Positions 41,035-49,617 of a stretch of 64,000 nt of DNA are shown here, in pieces. The stretch covers positions 6,236 through 70,235 of the forward strand of contig JBQTKB010000017.1 of assembly GCA_052386505.1 (NCBI GenBank), given 5' to 3'. The notes below the pieces were generated by a model. The model had not been told where the DNA came from. It ran no database searches and was given only the letters and a program-made list of their open reading frames with translations. Both the position numbers and the translations under genes were made by a program. How positions within the stretch are numbered: the stretch's first letter is position 1; every line of letters begins with the position of its first letter. This stretch comes from Pseudonocardia sp. (GTDB lineage Bacteria > Actinomycetota > Actinomycetes > Mycobacteriales > Pseudonocardiaceae).

Positions 41035-42861
41035 CTACTCGACCGTGACCGACTTGGCCAGGTTGCGGGGCTTGTCCACGTCGCGGTGCAGAGCGACGGC
41101 GGCGTGGTAGGCCAGCAGCTGCAGCGGGACGGACAGCAGGATCGGGTCCAGCTCGGGCTCGTTGCGCGGGATCACCACGGTGTGGTCGGCCAGCTCGGCG
41201 GGCAGCGGGCGGTGCGCGATGGCGATCACCGGGCCGCCGCGCGCCTTGATCTCGGACAGCGTGGAGGTGTTCTTGTCCAACAGGTCGTCGTCCGGGACCA
41301 CCGCCACCGTCGGCATCTCCTCGCTGATCAGCGCCAGCGGGCCGTGCTTCAGCTCGGCCGAGGGATATGCCTCGGCGTGCACGTAGGAGATCTCCTTGAG
41401 CTTCTGCGCCCCCTCGCGGGCCACCGGCCAGCCGCGCCGACGCCCGACGAAGAACACACTCGGGTGCGGCGCCAGTTCGGCGGCGATCTCTGCGATCTCT
41501 TCGGAGAGCTGGAGAATCTGCTCGACGTGTGCGGGTAGCTTCCGCAAACCCTCCACGATCCGGGCGCCCTCGGTGGGTGAGAGGTCACGGATCCGGCCCA
41601 GGTGCAACGCGAGCAGCGCGAACACGACCACCGTCGAGGTGAACGACTTGGTGGCCGCGACCGACATCTCCGCTCCGGCGTGCAGGTAGACCCCGCCGTC
41701 GACCTGGCGGGCGATCGTGGAGCCGACCACGTTGATCACACCGACCACCCGCCCGCCCTTGCGCTGCAGCTCCTGCACCGCGGCCAGGGTGTCCACCGTC
41801 TCCCCGGACTGGCTGACCGCGATATAGAGGGTGTCCGGCTCGACGACCGGGTTGCGGTACCGGAACTCGCTGGCCGCCTCGCAGGTGGCCGGCACCCGGG
41901 CCAGGTCCTCGATCAGCTGGGCGCCGAGGTCCCCTGCGTAGCAGGCGCTGCCGCAGCCGAGGATCTTCACCCGGCGGATCTCCCGGGCTTCGCGCACGGT
42001 CAGGTTCAACCCGCTCAGCCGGGCGGTGGAGAACCGTTCCTCGATCCGGCCGGCCAGCGCGCGGCGGATGGTGACCGGTTGCTCGCCGATCTCCTTGATC
42101 AGGAAGTGCGCGTGGTCGCCGATCTGTGCGCCGACGATGTCCCAGTCGATGGTGGCCGGGGTCTTCGCGGTCGCGGTGTCGTCCAGGGTGAAGGTGCGGT
42201 AGCCCCCGGCGGTCAGCGTGGCCAGCTCGCCGTCGTCGAGGTAGACCACCTGCCGGGTGTACCCGACCAGCGCCGCCGCGTCTGAGGCGACGAACATCTC
42301 CTTCTCCCCGACCCCGAGCAGCACCGGGCTGCCGTTGCGCGCCACCACGAGCCGGTCCGGGTGCTCGGCGTCGAGTACCGCGAGCCCGTACGCGCCCACG
42401 ACCTGGCGCAGCGCGAGCCGTACGGCCTGCTCCAGGTCGTCGGCGCCAGCGGCGAACGCCGCGGCGATCAGGTGCGCGACCACCTCGGTGTCGGTCTGGC
42501 TGGAGAACTCGGTGCCGTCGGCGGTGAGCTTCGCCCGCAGCTCGTCGGCGTTCTCGATGATCCCGTTGTGCACCACCGCGATCCGCCCGCTCTGGTCGGT
42601 GTGCGGGTGCGCGTTGTCCGGGGTCGGCCCACCATGGGTGGCCCAGCGGGTGTGGCCGATTCCCGGCGAGCCCTTGAACCGGGCCGGCAGCTCGGCCTCC
42701 AGCGCGGCGACCCGGCCGCTGACCTTGCGCACCTTGAGCCCGGTGCGGGTGGTGACCGCGAGTCCGGCGGAGTCGTAGCCGCGGTACTCCAGCCGGGTCA
42801 GTCCCTGGACCAGGATCGGTGCCGCGTCCTGCGGGCCGACGTAGCCCACGATTCCGCACAT
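41035..42861 (-). CDS. glmS: Glutamine--fructose-6-phosphate transaminase (isomerizing)
   Basis: MCGIVG, EYRGYDSAG, GHTRWATHG, SQSGET, ELKHGP and RNLAKSVTVE. Confidence 0.98.
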   Translation of the reverse strand: MCGIVGYVGPQDAAPILVQGLTRLEYRGYDSAGLAVTTRTGLKVRKVSGRVAALEAELPARFKGSPGIGHTRWATHGGPTPDNAHPHTDQSGRIAVVHNGIIENADELRAKLTADGTEFSSQTDTEVVAHLIAAAFAAGADDLEQAVRLALRQVVGAYGLAVLDAEHPDRLVVARNGSPVLLGVGEKEMFVASDAAALVGYTRQVVYLDDGELATLTAGGYRTFTLDDTATAKTPATIDWDIVGAQIGDHAHFLIKEIGEQPVTIRRALAGRIEERFSTARLSGLNLTVREAREIRRVKILGCGSACYAGDLGAQLIEDLARVPATCEAASEFRYRNPVVEPDTLYIAVSQSGETVDTLAAVQELQRKGGRVVGVINVVGSTIARQVDGGVYLHAGAEMSVAATKSFTSTVVVFALLALHLGRIRDLSPTEGARIVEGLRKLPAHVEQILQLSEEIAEIAAELAPHPSVFFVGRRRGWPVAREGAQKLKEISYVHAEAYPSAELKHGPLALISEEMPTVAVVPDDDLLDKNTSTLSEIKARGGPVIAIAHRPLPAELADHTVVIPRNEPELDPILLSVPLQLLAYHAAVALHRDVDKPRNLAKSVTVE

Positions 42862-42869
42862 GGTTGCTC

Positions 42870-43136
42870 CTATCCGTAGACGATGCGGCGCAGCTGCCGG
42901 GCCGACAGCGGAGGTGGTACCACCCGCCGATCGGCCAGCTCGGCGCCGAGCACCGCGAATATCTGGTCGTTGTGCAGGCCCCGGTCGCGCAGCTCCCGGT
43001 GCCGGCGGCGGACGAGGTCCTCGAGCGGCTCGTCGAAGTAGCGCAGTACCTCGGCCACCACCCGCCGCGACTCGCTGTCGGTCAGCGGGGTGGTGCGCAC
43101 GAGGTGCTCGACGAGATCGTCCGGCACGTCCACCAT
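42870..43136 (-). CDS. Small conserved helical protein directly upstream of glmS
   Basis: 88 aa: DDLVEHLVRTTPL...VLRYFDE...VRRRHREL...LSARQLRRIVYG. Its stop is 8 nt before the glmS ATG. Confidence 0.75.
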   Translation of the reverse strand: MVDVPDDLVEHLVRTTPLTDSESRRVVAEVLRYFDEPLEDLVRRRHRELRDRGLHNDQIFAVLGAELADRRVVPPPLSARQLRRIVYG

Positions 43137-43174
43137 CACCCCGGTATCGTCACCCGGAGCCGTACCGAACTGCA

Positions 43175-43202
43175 AATATCTGCCCGAATTCGGGCAGATA
43201 TT
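43175..43202. promoter_or_regulatory. Perfect 28-bp palindrome AATATCTGCCCGAATTCGGGCAGATATT (candidate operator)
   Basis: Verified base by base. Lies in the divergent intergenic region between the small ORF/glmS unit and the hydrolase. Function is inferred. Confidence 0.6.
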
Positions 43203-43306
43203 GCACAACGACCCGGGGCCGCTCGGCGGCAGGCCGCGGGACAGCTCGGTACGCCTCGCCCGGGTCCTCGTCGGCGACCACCACCGAGGTGGGATACCGT
43301 CTCGCC

Positions 43307-44155
43307 GTGGCCCGCACCCGAACCCCGGCCGGTCCGGAACTGCCGAAGTCGCTGCCCACCTCGGCCCGCAAGCTGGCCGGAGTGCTCTCCCGGCCCGGCC
43401 CGAACCCGGTGCTGCGCGGCGACCTCGGCCTGATCGGCATCCCCGGCGTCATCTATGCCCCGACCGCGGGCCTCGGCCTGCCGGCGGTGGCGTTCGGCCA
43501 CGACTGGCTGCAGAGCCCCGACCGCTACCTTCCGCTGCTGCGGCACCTCGCCTCCTGGGGAATCGTCGCCGTGGCTCCCGGGTCCCAGCGCGGGCCGGTG
43601 CCCAGCCACGCCCGGTTCAGCGCCGATCTGCGCACCGCGCTCGACGTGTGCGTCGGGGTGCGGCTGGGCGAGGGCACGATCAGCGTGGACCGCCGGCGGC
43701 TGGCCCTGGCCGGGCACGGCATGGGTGCCGGTTGCGCGGTGCTGGCCGCGGCCGATCGCACCGGCCAGGACGCGGTCGCCGCCGTGGTCACCCTGGCCGT
43801 CGCCGAGACCAGGCCGTCGGCCATCGATGCGGCCCCGTCGGTCAGCGCGCCGAGCCTGCACCTGGCCGCCGGCAAGGACCAGATCAGCCCACCGGTGGCC
43901 GGCGCCGAACCGGTGGCCGAGCGCTGGGGTGGCCCGTCGATGCTGCGGATGCTGCCCAAGGCCAACCACCTCGGGTTCCTCGACGGCCGCGGCTGGGTCG
44001 ACGCGCTGCTCGCGGGCAAACCCCAGTCGGCCACCACCACACTGACCCGCGCCCTGGTCACCGCGTTCCTGCTGCACGTCCTGCTCGACGAGAGCCGCAC
44101 GTCGGATCTGTTGCACGGCAAGCTCAAGGGCACCGAGCTGCTGCTCGACCGCTAG
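43307..44155 (+). CDS. Alpha/beta hydrolase (dienelactone hydrolase/chlorophyllase-like; Rv3438-like)
   Basis: GLPAVAFGH.W, HLASWGIV and LAGHGMGAG. The nucleophile position reads G-H-G-M-G rather than G-x-S-x-G. Confidence 0.75.
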   Translation: MARTRTPAGPELPKSLPTSARKLAGVLSRPGPNPVLRGDLGLIGIPGVIYAPTAGLGLPAVAFGHDWLQSPDRYLPLLRHLASWGIVAVAPGSQRGPVPSHARFSADLRTALDVCVGVRLGEGTISVDRRRLALAGHGMGAGCAVLAAADRTGQDAVAAVVTLAVAETRPSAIDAAPSVSAPSLHLAAGKDQISPPVAGAEPVAERWGGPSMLRMLPKANHLGFLDGRGWVDALLAGKPQSATTTLTRALVTAFLLHVLLDESRTSDLLHGKLKGTELLLDR

Positions 44156-45066
44156 CCGCCGCCCCGCGTCGGCCGGTCGGCGCCCCCCGGCCGCGCGGCG
44201 CCCCGCGACCCCGCGACGTCCGGCGGCTGGACGGCGTCCGGCAGCTGGGCGATCCGTACGCCATCGGCCTGCTCGCCCCGCCGCGCCGCCGTGTCCGGCA
44301 GCAGCACGCCCGCCGCCGGCCCCGGGGTCGGAGTCGACCCGCCGTCCGGTTGCCCCGGCTCACCCGCGACCCAGCGCGGCACCTCGCCCGCCACCCAGCG
44401 CGGCACCTCGCCCGCCACCCAGCGCGGCTGCTCCACCGTCGGCCAGCGCGGCTGCTCCACCGCCGGCCAGCCACCGTCCGTGCCGAGCAGCACCGGCAAC
44501 CGCTCCAGCGCGGCACCCACCTCGGCCCGCAGGGTACGCAGCAGTTCGGCATGGCGTTCGAACCGCCGCGCAGCGTCGGCGCCGGTATCCTCCCGACCCG
44601 TAGGCGCCGCCACGGGATCGTCGGCCGCCCGCAGCATCCGGCGGACCACACCGTCCAGCAGCTCACCCGCGCGGTCCGCTGCACCGTGCAGGCCCGAGGC
44701 CAGTGCGCCGGTCTCGGCGGCCAGACCCCGGCATTCCAGCCCCACCCGCTCACAGGTGGAAGCGCCCGATCCACCGACGCCGGCCACCGCCGCCAGCGCG
44801 AGCGCGACGTCCTCGGTCTCCAGCCGCACCCGTTCGAGCTCATCGGCCACCATCCGCAACCACCCGGGCCACACCGAGCCGAGCGCGGCCACCCCGGACT
44901 CGTCGACGTCCGACCAGCTCGACACCGGGTCGGCACCGGGAAAGGCCTGCCCGGCACACCACACCCGGTACCCGGACGCCCCGGCCCGCAGCTCGTCGAG
45001 CAGCGCGCCCAGCGCGGGGCCCAGTACCGGACCGGCGTCGCCGGGACCAGCCGACGGGTGGGTCAC
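44152..45066 (-). CDS. Hypothetical protein (position of mycobacterial Rv3439c)
   Basis: Ala-rich helical ORF with a GTGA overlap to the upstream gene. Contains a 24-bp x4 repeat. Confidence 0.5.
   Translation of the reverse strand: MTHPSAGPGDAGPVLGPALGALLDELRAGASGYRVWCAGQAFPGADPVSSWSDVDESGVAALGSVWPGWLRMVADELERVRLETEDVALALAAVAGVGGSGASTCERVGLECRGLAAETGALASGLHGAADRAGELLDGVVRRMLRAADDPVAAPTGREDTGADAARRFERHAELLRTLRAEVGAALERLPVLLGTDGGWPAVEQPRWPTVEQPRWVAGEVPRWVAGEVPRWVAGEPGQPDGGSTPTPGPAAGVLLPDTAARRGEQADGVRIAQLPDAVQPPDVAGSRGAARPGGADRPTRGGG
44371..44466. repeat. 24-bp tandem repeat x4 (two subtypes)
   Basis: CCAGCGCGGCACCTCGCCCGCCAC x2, then CCAGCGCGGCTGCTCCACCG[T/C]CGG x2. Confidence 0.88.
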
Positions 45067-45374
45067 CGGGCCCACACCGGTAGCTCCGCCGGCCGGCGAA
45101 CGCATCGCAGGGCCAGCACCGCTTCGGCTTCACCGAGCAGCAGGCCGACCCGTTCGGCCCGGAGCAGGTCGGCACACTCCAGCAGCGCCGCGGCCTCTGC
45201 CCGCAGTCCGAGCTCCAGCCGCGCACACCGCTCGGCCACCCTGGCGGATCCTGGTGGGCGGTCCTCGGCGAGCAGCCCGCCCAGCCGGTGCGCGGCGGCC
45301 AGCAGGTCGCCGGCCAGTGCCGTCAACCGGTCCGCATCCTGCTGCAGTCGGGTCGGATCAGCCTCGATCTCCAT
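45063..45374 (-). CDS. Small helical protein, possible WXG100-like / type VII secretion target (position of Rv3440c)
   Basis: 103 aa with an IEADP..L...A..L start typical of ESX-like helical hairpins. No clear WXG motif. Confidence 0.5.
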   Translation of the reverse strand: MEIEADPTRLQQDADRLTALAGDLLAAAHRLGGLLAEDRPPGSARVAERCARLELGLRAEAAALLECADLLRAERVGLLLGEAEAVLALRCVRRPAELPVWAR

Positions 45375-45455
45375 GACCGCATTGCACCCGCCGCGGGGCC
45401 CGGCCGGGGCGGAAAGCCCGGAAACCTTCGCGATCGCACACGAGCCCGCGACCGC

Positions 45456-45914
45456 TCAGGTGGCCGGGCGTGGTCCGGGCGGCCTGCCGAGCAGGCGCTC
45501 GACCGCGTGGCGTGGATCGAGTCGTTCCAGGCCCGACACCTCGTCGAAGATCCGATCCGGGGTCACGACCAGGCTGATGCCCTGGCGCAACGCGGTCGCG
45601 GCATGCACCGCGTCGCGCATGCCCAGCCCAGCCACGCTCGCCACCAGGCTGAGCGCGAGCCGCAGCTCGGGCACGCCGAACTCGTGCAGTCGGCAGAGCG
45701 CGGCCGCAGCGAGCGACTGATCGCGAACTGCCGCGCCGTCCAGTCCGCGCCGACGCAGCAGGTGACCGAACTCCTGGACCAGCTCGACGCTGGCCTCGCC
45801 GTTCAGCGATCCGTCCTGGCAGTGACGCAGCAACTCGCGGTACGGATCCCGGTACGGGTGGTCGGTGCCCCGCGCGTAGACGAACACCGCCGTGTCGAAC
45901 AGGAACCTGGTCAC
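45456..45914 (-). CDS. vapC: VapC PIN-domain toxin
   Basis: FDTAVFVYA, VQEF, RDAVHAA and TPDRIFD give the acidic PIN residues. Confidence 0.9.
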   Translation of the reverse strand: MTRFLFDTAVFVYARGTDHPYRDPYRELLRHCQDGSLNGEASVELVQEFGHLLRRRGLDGAAVRDQSLAAAALCRLHEFGVPELRLALSLVASVAGLGMRDAVHAATALRQGISLVVTPDRIFDEVSGLERLDPRHAVERLLGRPPGPRPAT

Positions 45915-46168
45915 TGGTGGGTCGGGTACATCAGCTCGATCTCGGCCTTGAGATCCGTCCAGTCCCCGACCTCGATCGGCTCCGCGTCGAGCAGCAGGCG
46001 CGCAGCCTCACCGCGGCTCACCCCGTCGACCGGGAACGCGATGTCGATCGCCTCTCGGACCAGGTTGCCCACCGAACTTCCCCGCCGCTCCGCCTCCCGG
46101 GCGAGGCGAGCCAGCCGTTCCTCGTCGAGCAGCACCTGGAGCCGATGCGTCAAGACTGCCACACGCAT
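45911..46168 (-). CDS. vapB: VapB-type RHH/CopG antitoxin
   Basis: HRLQVLLDEER...LAREAERRGSSVGNLVREAID. 4-nt overlap with the toxin. Confidence 0.85.
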   Translation of the reverse strand: MRVAVLTHRLQVLLDEERLARLAREAERRGSSVGNLVREAIDIAFPVDGVSRGEAARLLLDAEPIEVGDWTDLKAEIELMYPTHQ

Positions 46169-46175
46169 ACCGTAG

Positions 46176-46195
46176 CATGCACATACCGGTGCATG
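46176..46195. promoter_or_regulatory. Inverted repeat CATGCAC-N6-GTGCATG, probable VapBC autoregulatory operator overlapping a -10-like CATGCT
   Basis: Read directly, 8-27 nt upstream of the antitoxin ATG. No RBS visible, which suggests a leaderless mRNA. Confidence 0.6.
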
Positions 46196-46230
46196 TTGAC
46201 CTCAGCGGTCGGCCCGGTGCCCGCGGCCGG

Positions 46231-47571
46231 TCAGGAGACCGCTCCGACCACGGCGGCGAGCCGACGGGCCAACCGCTCGGCGGCGTCCTCGCTGGGTGCC
46301 TCGACCATAACCCGGACCAGCTGTTCGGTGCCCGAGGGACGCAGCAGCACCCGACCACGCCCGGCCAGCTCGGACTCCACCTCGGCCACCGCCTCGCACA
46401 CCCGGGCCGACGCCGCGACGCTGGCCTTGTCGGCCACCGCGACGTTCACCAGCACCTGGGGCAGTGCGACCATCACCGCAGCCAGCTCGGCGAGCGTCCG
46501 TCCGCTCTGCGCCATCCGGGCCATCAGCCGCAGCGCGGTCAACAGGCCGTCTCCAGTGGTGGCGTACTGGGACAGCACCAGGTGACCCGACTGCTCGCCG
46601 CCCAGGGCGTATCCGCCGGCCCGCAGCTCCTCCAGGACGTAGCGGTCGCCGACCGCGGTCGTGCGGACGGTGATCCCGGCCTCCTGCATCGCCAGATGCA
46701 GCCCGAGGTTGCTCATCACCGTGGTGACCAGGGTGTCAGCGGTCAGCTCACCGGCGTCGCGCAGGGCCAGCGCGAGCACCGCCATGATCTGGTCACCGTC
46801 GACCACCTCGCCGTCGGCGGTGACCGCCAGGCAGCGGTCGGCGTCCCCGTCGTGCGCGATGCCCAGGTCGGCACGGTGTCCCCGGACGGCCTCGGCCACC
46901 TGGTCGAGGTGCGTCGAGCCGCAGCCGTCGTTGATGTTCAACCCGTCCGGCTCGGCGTGGATCGCCAGCACCTCAGCGCCGGCCCGACGGTAGGCCTCGG
47001 GGGCCAGGGCGGAGGCTGCGCCGTTGGCGCAGTCGACGACCACCCGGACACCGCCCAGCCTCGTCCCGGACGGCAGCGCCGCCAGCAGGTGATCGAGGTA
47101 TCGCCGGCCGCCGTCAGCCAGATCGCGCACCCGTCCCACCTGTGCGCCGGTGGGCCGCGCCAGCGGCTCGTACAGCCGGGCCTCGATCGCGTGCTCGACC
47201 ACGTCGGGCAGCTTGTGCCCGCCCTCGGCGAACAACTTGATCCCGTTGTCCGGCATCGGGTTGTGCGACGCGGAGATCATCACGCCGAGATCGGCACCGA
47301 GATCGGCCACCAGGTGCGCCACCGCCGGGGTGGGCAGCACGCCGGCCCGCAGCACGTCCGCGCCGGCCGAGGCCAACCCGGCGGTCACCGCCGCCTCCAA
47401 CATCTCGCCGCTGGCCCGCGGGTCACGCCCGACCACCGCGAGCGGCCGGTGCGAGCGGTCCGTCTCGGCAAGTACCCGAGCGGCGGTCGCGGCCAGGGCC
47501 ATGCCGAGTTCTGGTGTGAGTTCGGCGTTGGCCAGGCCGCGGACCCCGTCGGTGCCGAAGAGCCGACCCAT
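46231..47571 (-). CDS. glmM: Phosphoglucosamine mutase
   Basis: [23 protein letters not shown] and GGEQSGH. Confidence 0.97.
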   Translation of the reverse strand: MGRLFGTDGVRGLANAELTPELGMALAATAARVLAETDRSHRPLAVVGRDPRASGEMLEAAVTAGLASAGADVLRAGVLPTPAVAHLVADLGADLGVMISASHNPMPDNGIKLFAEGGHKLPDVVEHAIEARLYEPLARPTGAQVGRVRDLADGGRRYLDHLLAALPSGTRLGGVRVVVDCANGAASALAPEAYRRAGAEVLAIHAEPDGLNINDGCGSTHLDQVAEAVRGHRADLGIAHDGDADRCLAVTADGEVVDGDQIMAVLALALRDAGELTADTLVTTVMSNLGLHLAMQEAGITVRTTAVGDRYVLEELRAGGYALGGEQSGHLVLSQYATTGDGLLTALRLMARMAQSGRTLAELAAVMVALPQVLVNVAVADKASVAASARVCEAVAEVESELAGRGRVLLRPSGTEQLVRVMVEAPSEDAAERLARRLAAVVGAVS

Positions 47572-47589
47572 GGAGCGGGCGACCCCGGG

Positions 47590-48189
47590 TCAGCGCTTGC
47601 TGTACTGCGGAGCCTTACGGGCCTTCTTCAGGCCGTACTTCTTGCGCTCCGTGGCCCGCGCGTCCCGGGTGAGGAAGCCCGCGGCCTTCAGCGCCGGCCG
47701 ATCATCGGCGTTGAACTGGATCAGCGCCCGGGCGATGGCCAGCCGCAGCGCACCGGCCTGCCCGGAGATGCCGCCGCCGTGCAGGCTGGCGAACACGTCG
47801 AAGGCGTCGACCTTCTCGATCGTGGTGAACGGGTCCTTCACCAGCTGCTGGTGCAGCTTGTTCGGAAAGTAGCTGGCCAGATCGCGGCCGTTGAGCCGGA
47901 AGTTGCCGCTGCCCGGAACCAGCCGGACCCGCACCACGGCCTCCTTGCGCCGGCCGACGGTCTGCACCGGCTTGTCGCCGGCGACCCGCGCGACCACCGG
48001 CTTCTCGGCGGCCGGGGCGGGGACCTCGTCGGCCCGCGGTGCCCCATCGGTGTCCGACGCCTCGTCGACGACCGGGGACTCCTCGGCCACCGGGGAGTCG
48101 TCGGTGCTGTCCTGGTCGGGGGTGCTCACGTGCTGCGCCTCTTCCGCTGTGTCGATTTCCGCGGCGGGGCCGCGGTCAGGGGCGGTCAC
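47590..48189 (-). CDS. rpsI: 30S ribosomal protein S9 (long acidic N-terminal extension)
   Basis: [20 protein letters not shown] and [19 protein letters not shown]. Confidence 0.97.
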   Translation of the reverse strand: MTAPDRGPAAEIDTAEEAQHVSTPDQDSTDDSPVAEESPVVDEASDTDGAPRADEVPAPAAEKPVVARVAGDKPVQTVGRRKEAVVRVRLVPGSGNFRLNGRDLASYFPNKLHQQLVKDPFTTIEKVDAFDVFASLHGGGISGQAGALRLAIARALIQFNADDRPALKAAGFLTRDARATERKKYGLKKARKAPQYSKR

Positions 48190-48629
48190 TGGCTGACCTG
48201 GGTGATCTCGAAGGGCGCGGGCTGCTGGGCGGTGTGCGGATGGATGGGCCCTGCGTACACCTTGAGCTTCTTGCCCTGCGCGCGGCCGAGGCGGTTCTTC
48301 GGCAACATGCCCTTGACCGCCTTCTCGACCAGCCGATCGGGATGCTTCTCGATCATCTCGCCGACCGAGCGCTGGCTCAGACCGCCGGGGTGGCCGCTGT
48401 GCCGGTAGACGAACTTACCCTCGCGCTTGTTGCCGGACACCGAGATCTTCTCGGCGTTGACGATCACCACGAAGTCTCCGGTGTCGACGTGTGGCGCGAA
48501 CTGCGGCTTGTGCTTGCCCCGCAGCAGCGTGGCGGCGTGGGTGGCCAGCCGGCCCAGCACGACGTCGGTGGCGTCGATGACATGCCAGGCGCGGGTGACC
48601 TCGCCGGACTTCGGACTGAACGTGCGCAC
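48186..48629 (-). CDS. rplM: 50S ribosomal protein L13
   Basis: [30 protein letters not shown] and KGMLP. GTG 48629. Confidence 0.98.
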   Translation of the reverse strand: MRTFSPKSGEVTRAWHVIDATDVVLGRLATHAATLLRGKHKPQFAPHVDTGDFVVIVNAEKISVSGNKREGKFVYRHSGHPGGLSQRSVGEMIEKHPDRLVEKAVKGMLPKNRLGRAQGKKLKVYAGPIHPHTAQQPAPFEITQVSQ

Positions 48630-48752
48630 GGACCTACCTCGTCGTCTCTGGCTGGAACCACTGCTGGCTAAGACCACTGCCCGGGCCCGGACTATGGCCG
48701 GCCCTGGGGTGCTCGGACGAGCGGATGCCCGCTCGCAGCACAACGGCTTTCG

Positions 48753-48782
48753 AGGGTACCCGCCGCGATCCGGCGGGGTCAA
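48753..48782 (-). promoter_or_regulatory. Putative sigma-A promoter of rplM-rpsI (TTGACC-N18-TACCCT)
   Basis: Read on the minus strand. Confidence 0.55.
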
Positions 48783-48806
48783 AACGGGTCCGGCTACGCC
48801 GCCGGC

Positions 48807-48840
48807 GGTCGGGCGGCCCCCCGATTCGACCGCCCGACCA
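48807..48840 (-). terminator. Hairpin after the esx pair
   Basis: GGTCGGGCGG...CCGCCCGACC, a 10-bp stem. Confidence 0.55.
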
Positions 48841-48854
48841 CCCCGGTCATCCCG

Positions 48855-49142
48855 TCACGTCCAGCGACGTGCGTTCGCCTGCTCGACCTGCTGGTAGCCG
48901 TCGTTGGCGCGACCGACCGCGACGCCGATCTGAGCCAGCACGGCAGTCAGGTCGGCCGCCGCGGTGTCCCACTGCCGCTGCTTGACCTGGTAGTCCGCGG
49001 CGGCCTGGCCGCTCCAGCTGGCGACCATCGGCGCGAGGTAACGCTTCAGGTCCTCCAGCTGCGCGGTCATCCGCTGCGAGGTGCTGGCCACGTTCTGCTG
49101 GGCGTTGCCCAGCTCACCGAAGGCCACCTTGATCTCGGTCAT
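48855..49142 (-). CDS. WXG100 ESAT-6-like protein (EsxT-like)
   Basis: 95 aa with a central WSG and C-terminal YQQVE. Confidence 0.92.
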   Translation of the reverse strand: MTEIKVAFGELGNAQQNVASTSQRMTAQLEDLKRYLAPMVASWSGQAAADYQVKQRQWDTAAADLTAVLAQIGVAVGRANDGYQQVEQANARRWT

Positions 49143-49155
49143 CTCTTCTCCCCTC

Positions 49156-49467
49156 TCAGCCCAGCGCGCCGCGGATCGCGGACAGGCTCTGGGCCTGCTG
49201 GTCCTCCTGCTGCTGGTAGGTCACACCGGAGCCCTGGATCGCCTCGCCGATGCCGCGCAGGGCCTCGTTGAGCGCGCGGGCGTCGGTGTCCCAGCGGGCC
49301 ATCAACCCCTGGAACGCGGTCGACGCCTCGCCACGCCACGTGCCGGCCAAGGGCGCCAGCTGGTTGCGCAACGCGGCCAGGCCGGCCTGCACCCGCTCGT
49401 TCGTCCCGAAGACGTGCTGCGCGGCGCGCTGCATCTCCTCGGTGGTCGTCCCGTACCCGATTGCCAT
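49156..49467 (-). CDS. WXG100 CFP-10-like protein (EsxU-like)
   Basis: 103 aa with a central WRG and the YQQQE secretion signal. Confidence 0.92.
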   Translation of the reverse strand: MAIGYGTTTEEMQRAAQHVFGTNERVQAGLAALRNQLAPLAGTWRGEASTAFQGLMARWDTDARALNEALRGIGEAIQGSGVTYQQQEDQQAQSLSAIRGALG

Positions 49468-49617
49468 CTGTGTTCCCGCCTCGTCTGTGGTCAGGTGGTC
49501 CCGGGCCGGGCGGCTCGGGTGACCGCGACGGTGTCACCCGGGCGGTCGCGGTGATGGCGGAACGACGTATTTCGTGTGCGATCGCGAACGATCTCGGCGC
49601 TGCCCCACGGGTACGCC

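Noticed and set aside
42862-43306. glmS ribozyme or other riboswitch upstream of glmS
   Set aside because: The space is taken by a coding ORF ending 8 nt before the glmS ATG, and no ribozyme core sequence was recognisable.
47980-48189. ~70-aa acidic N-terminal extension of S9
   Set aside because: Acidic low-complexity S9 extensions are common in actinobacteria, and the start codon may be further downstream.
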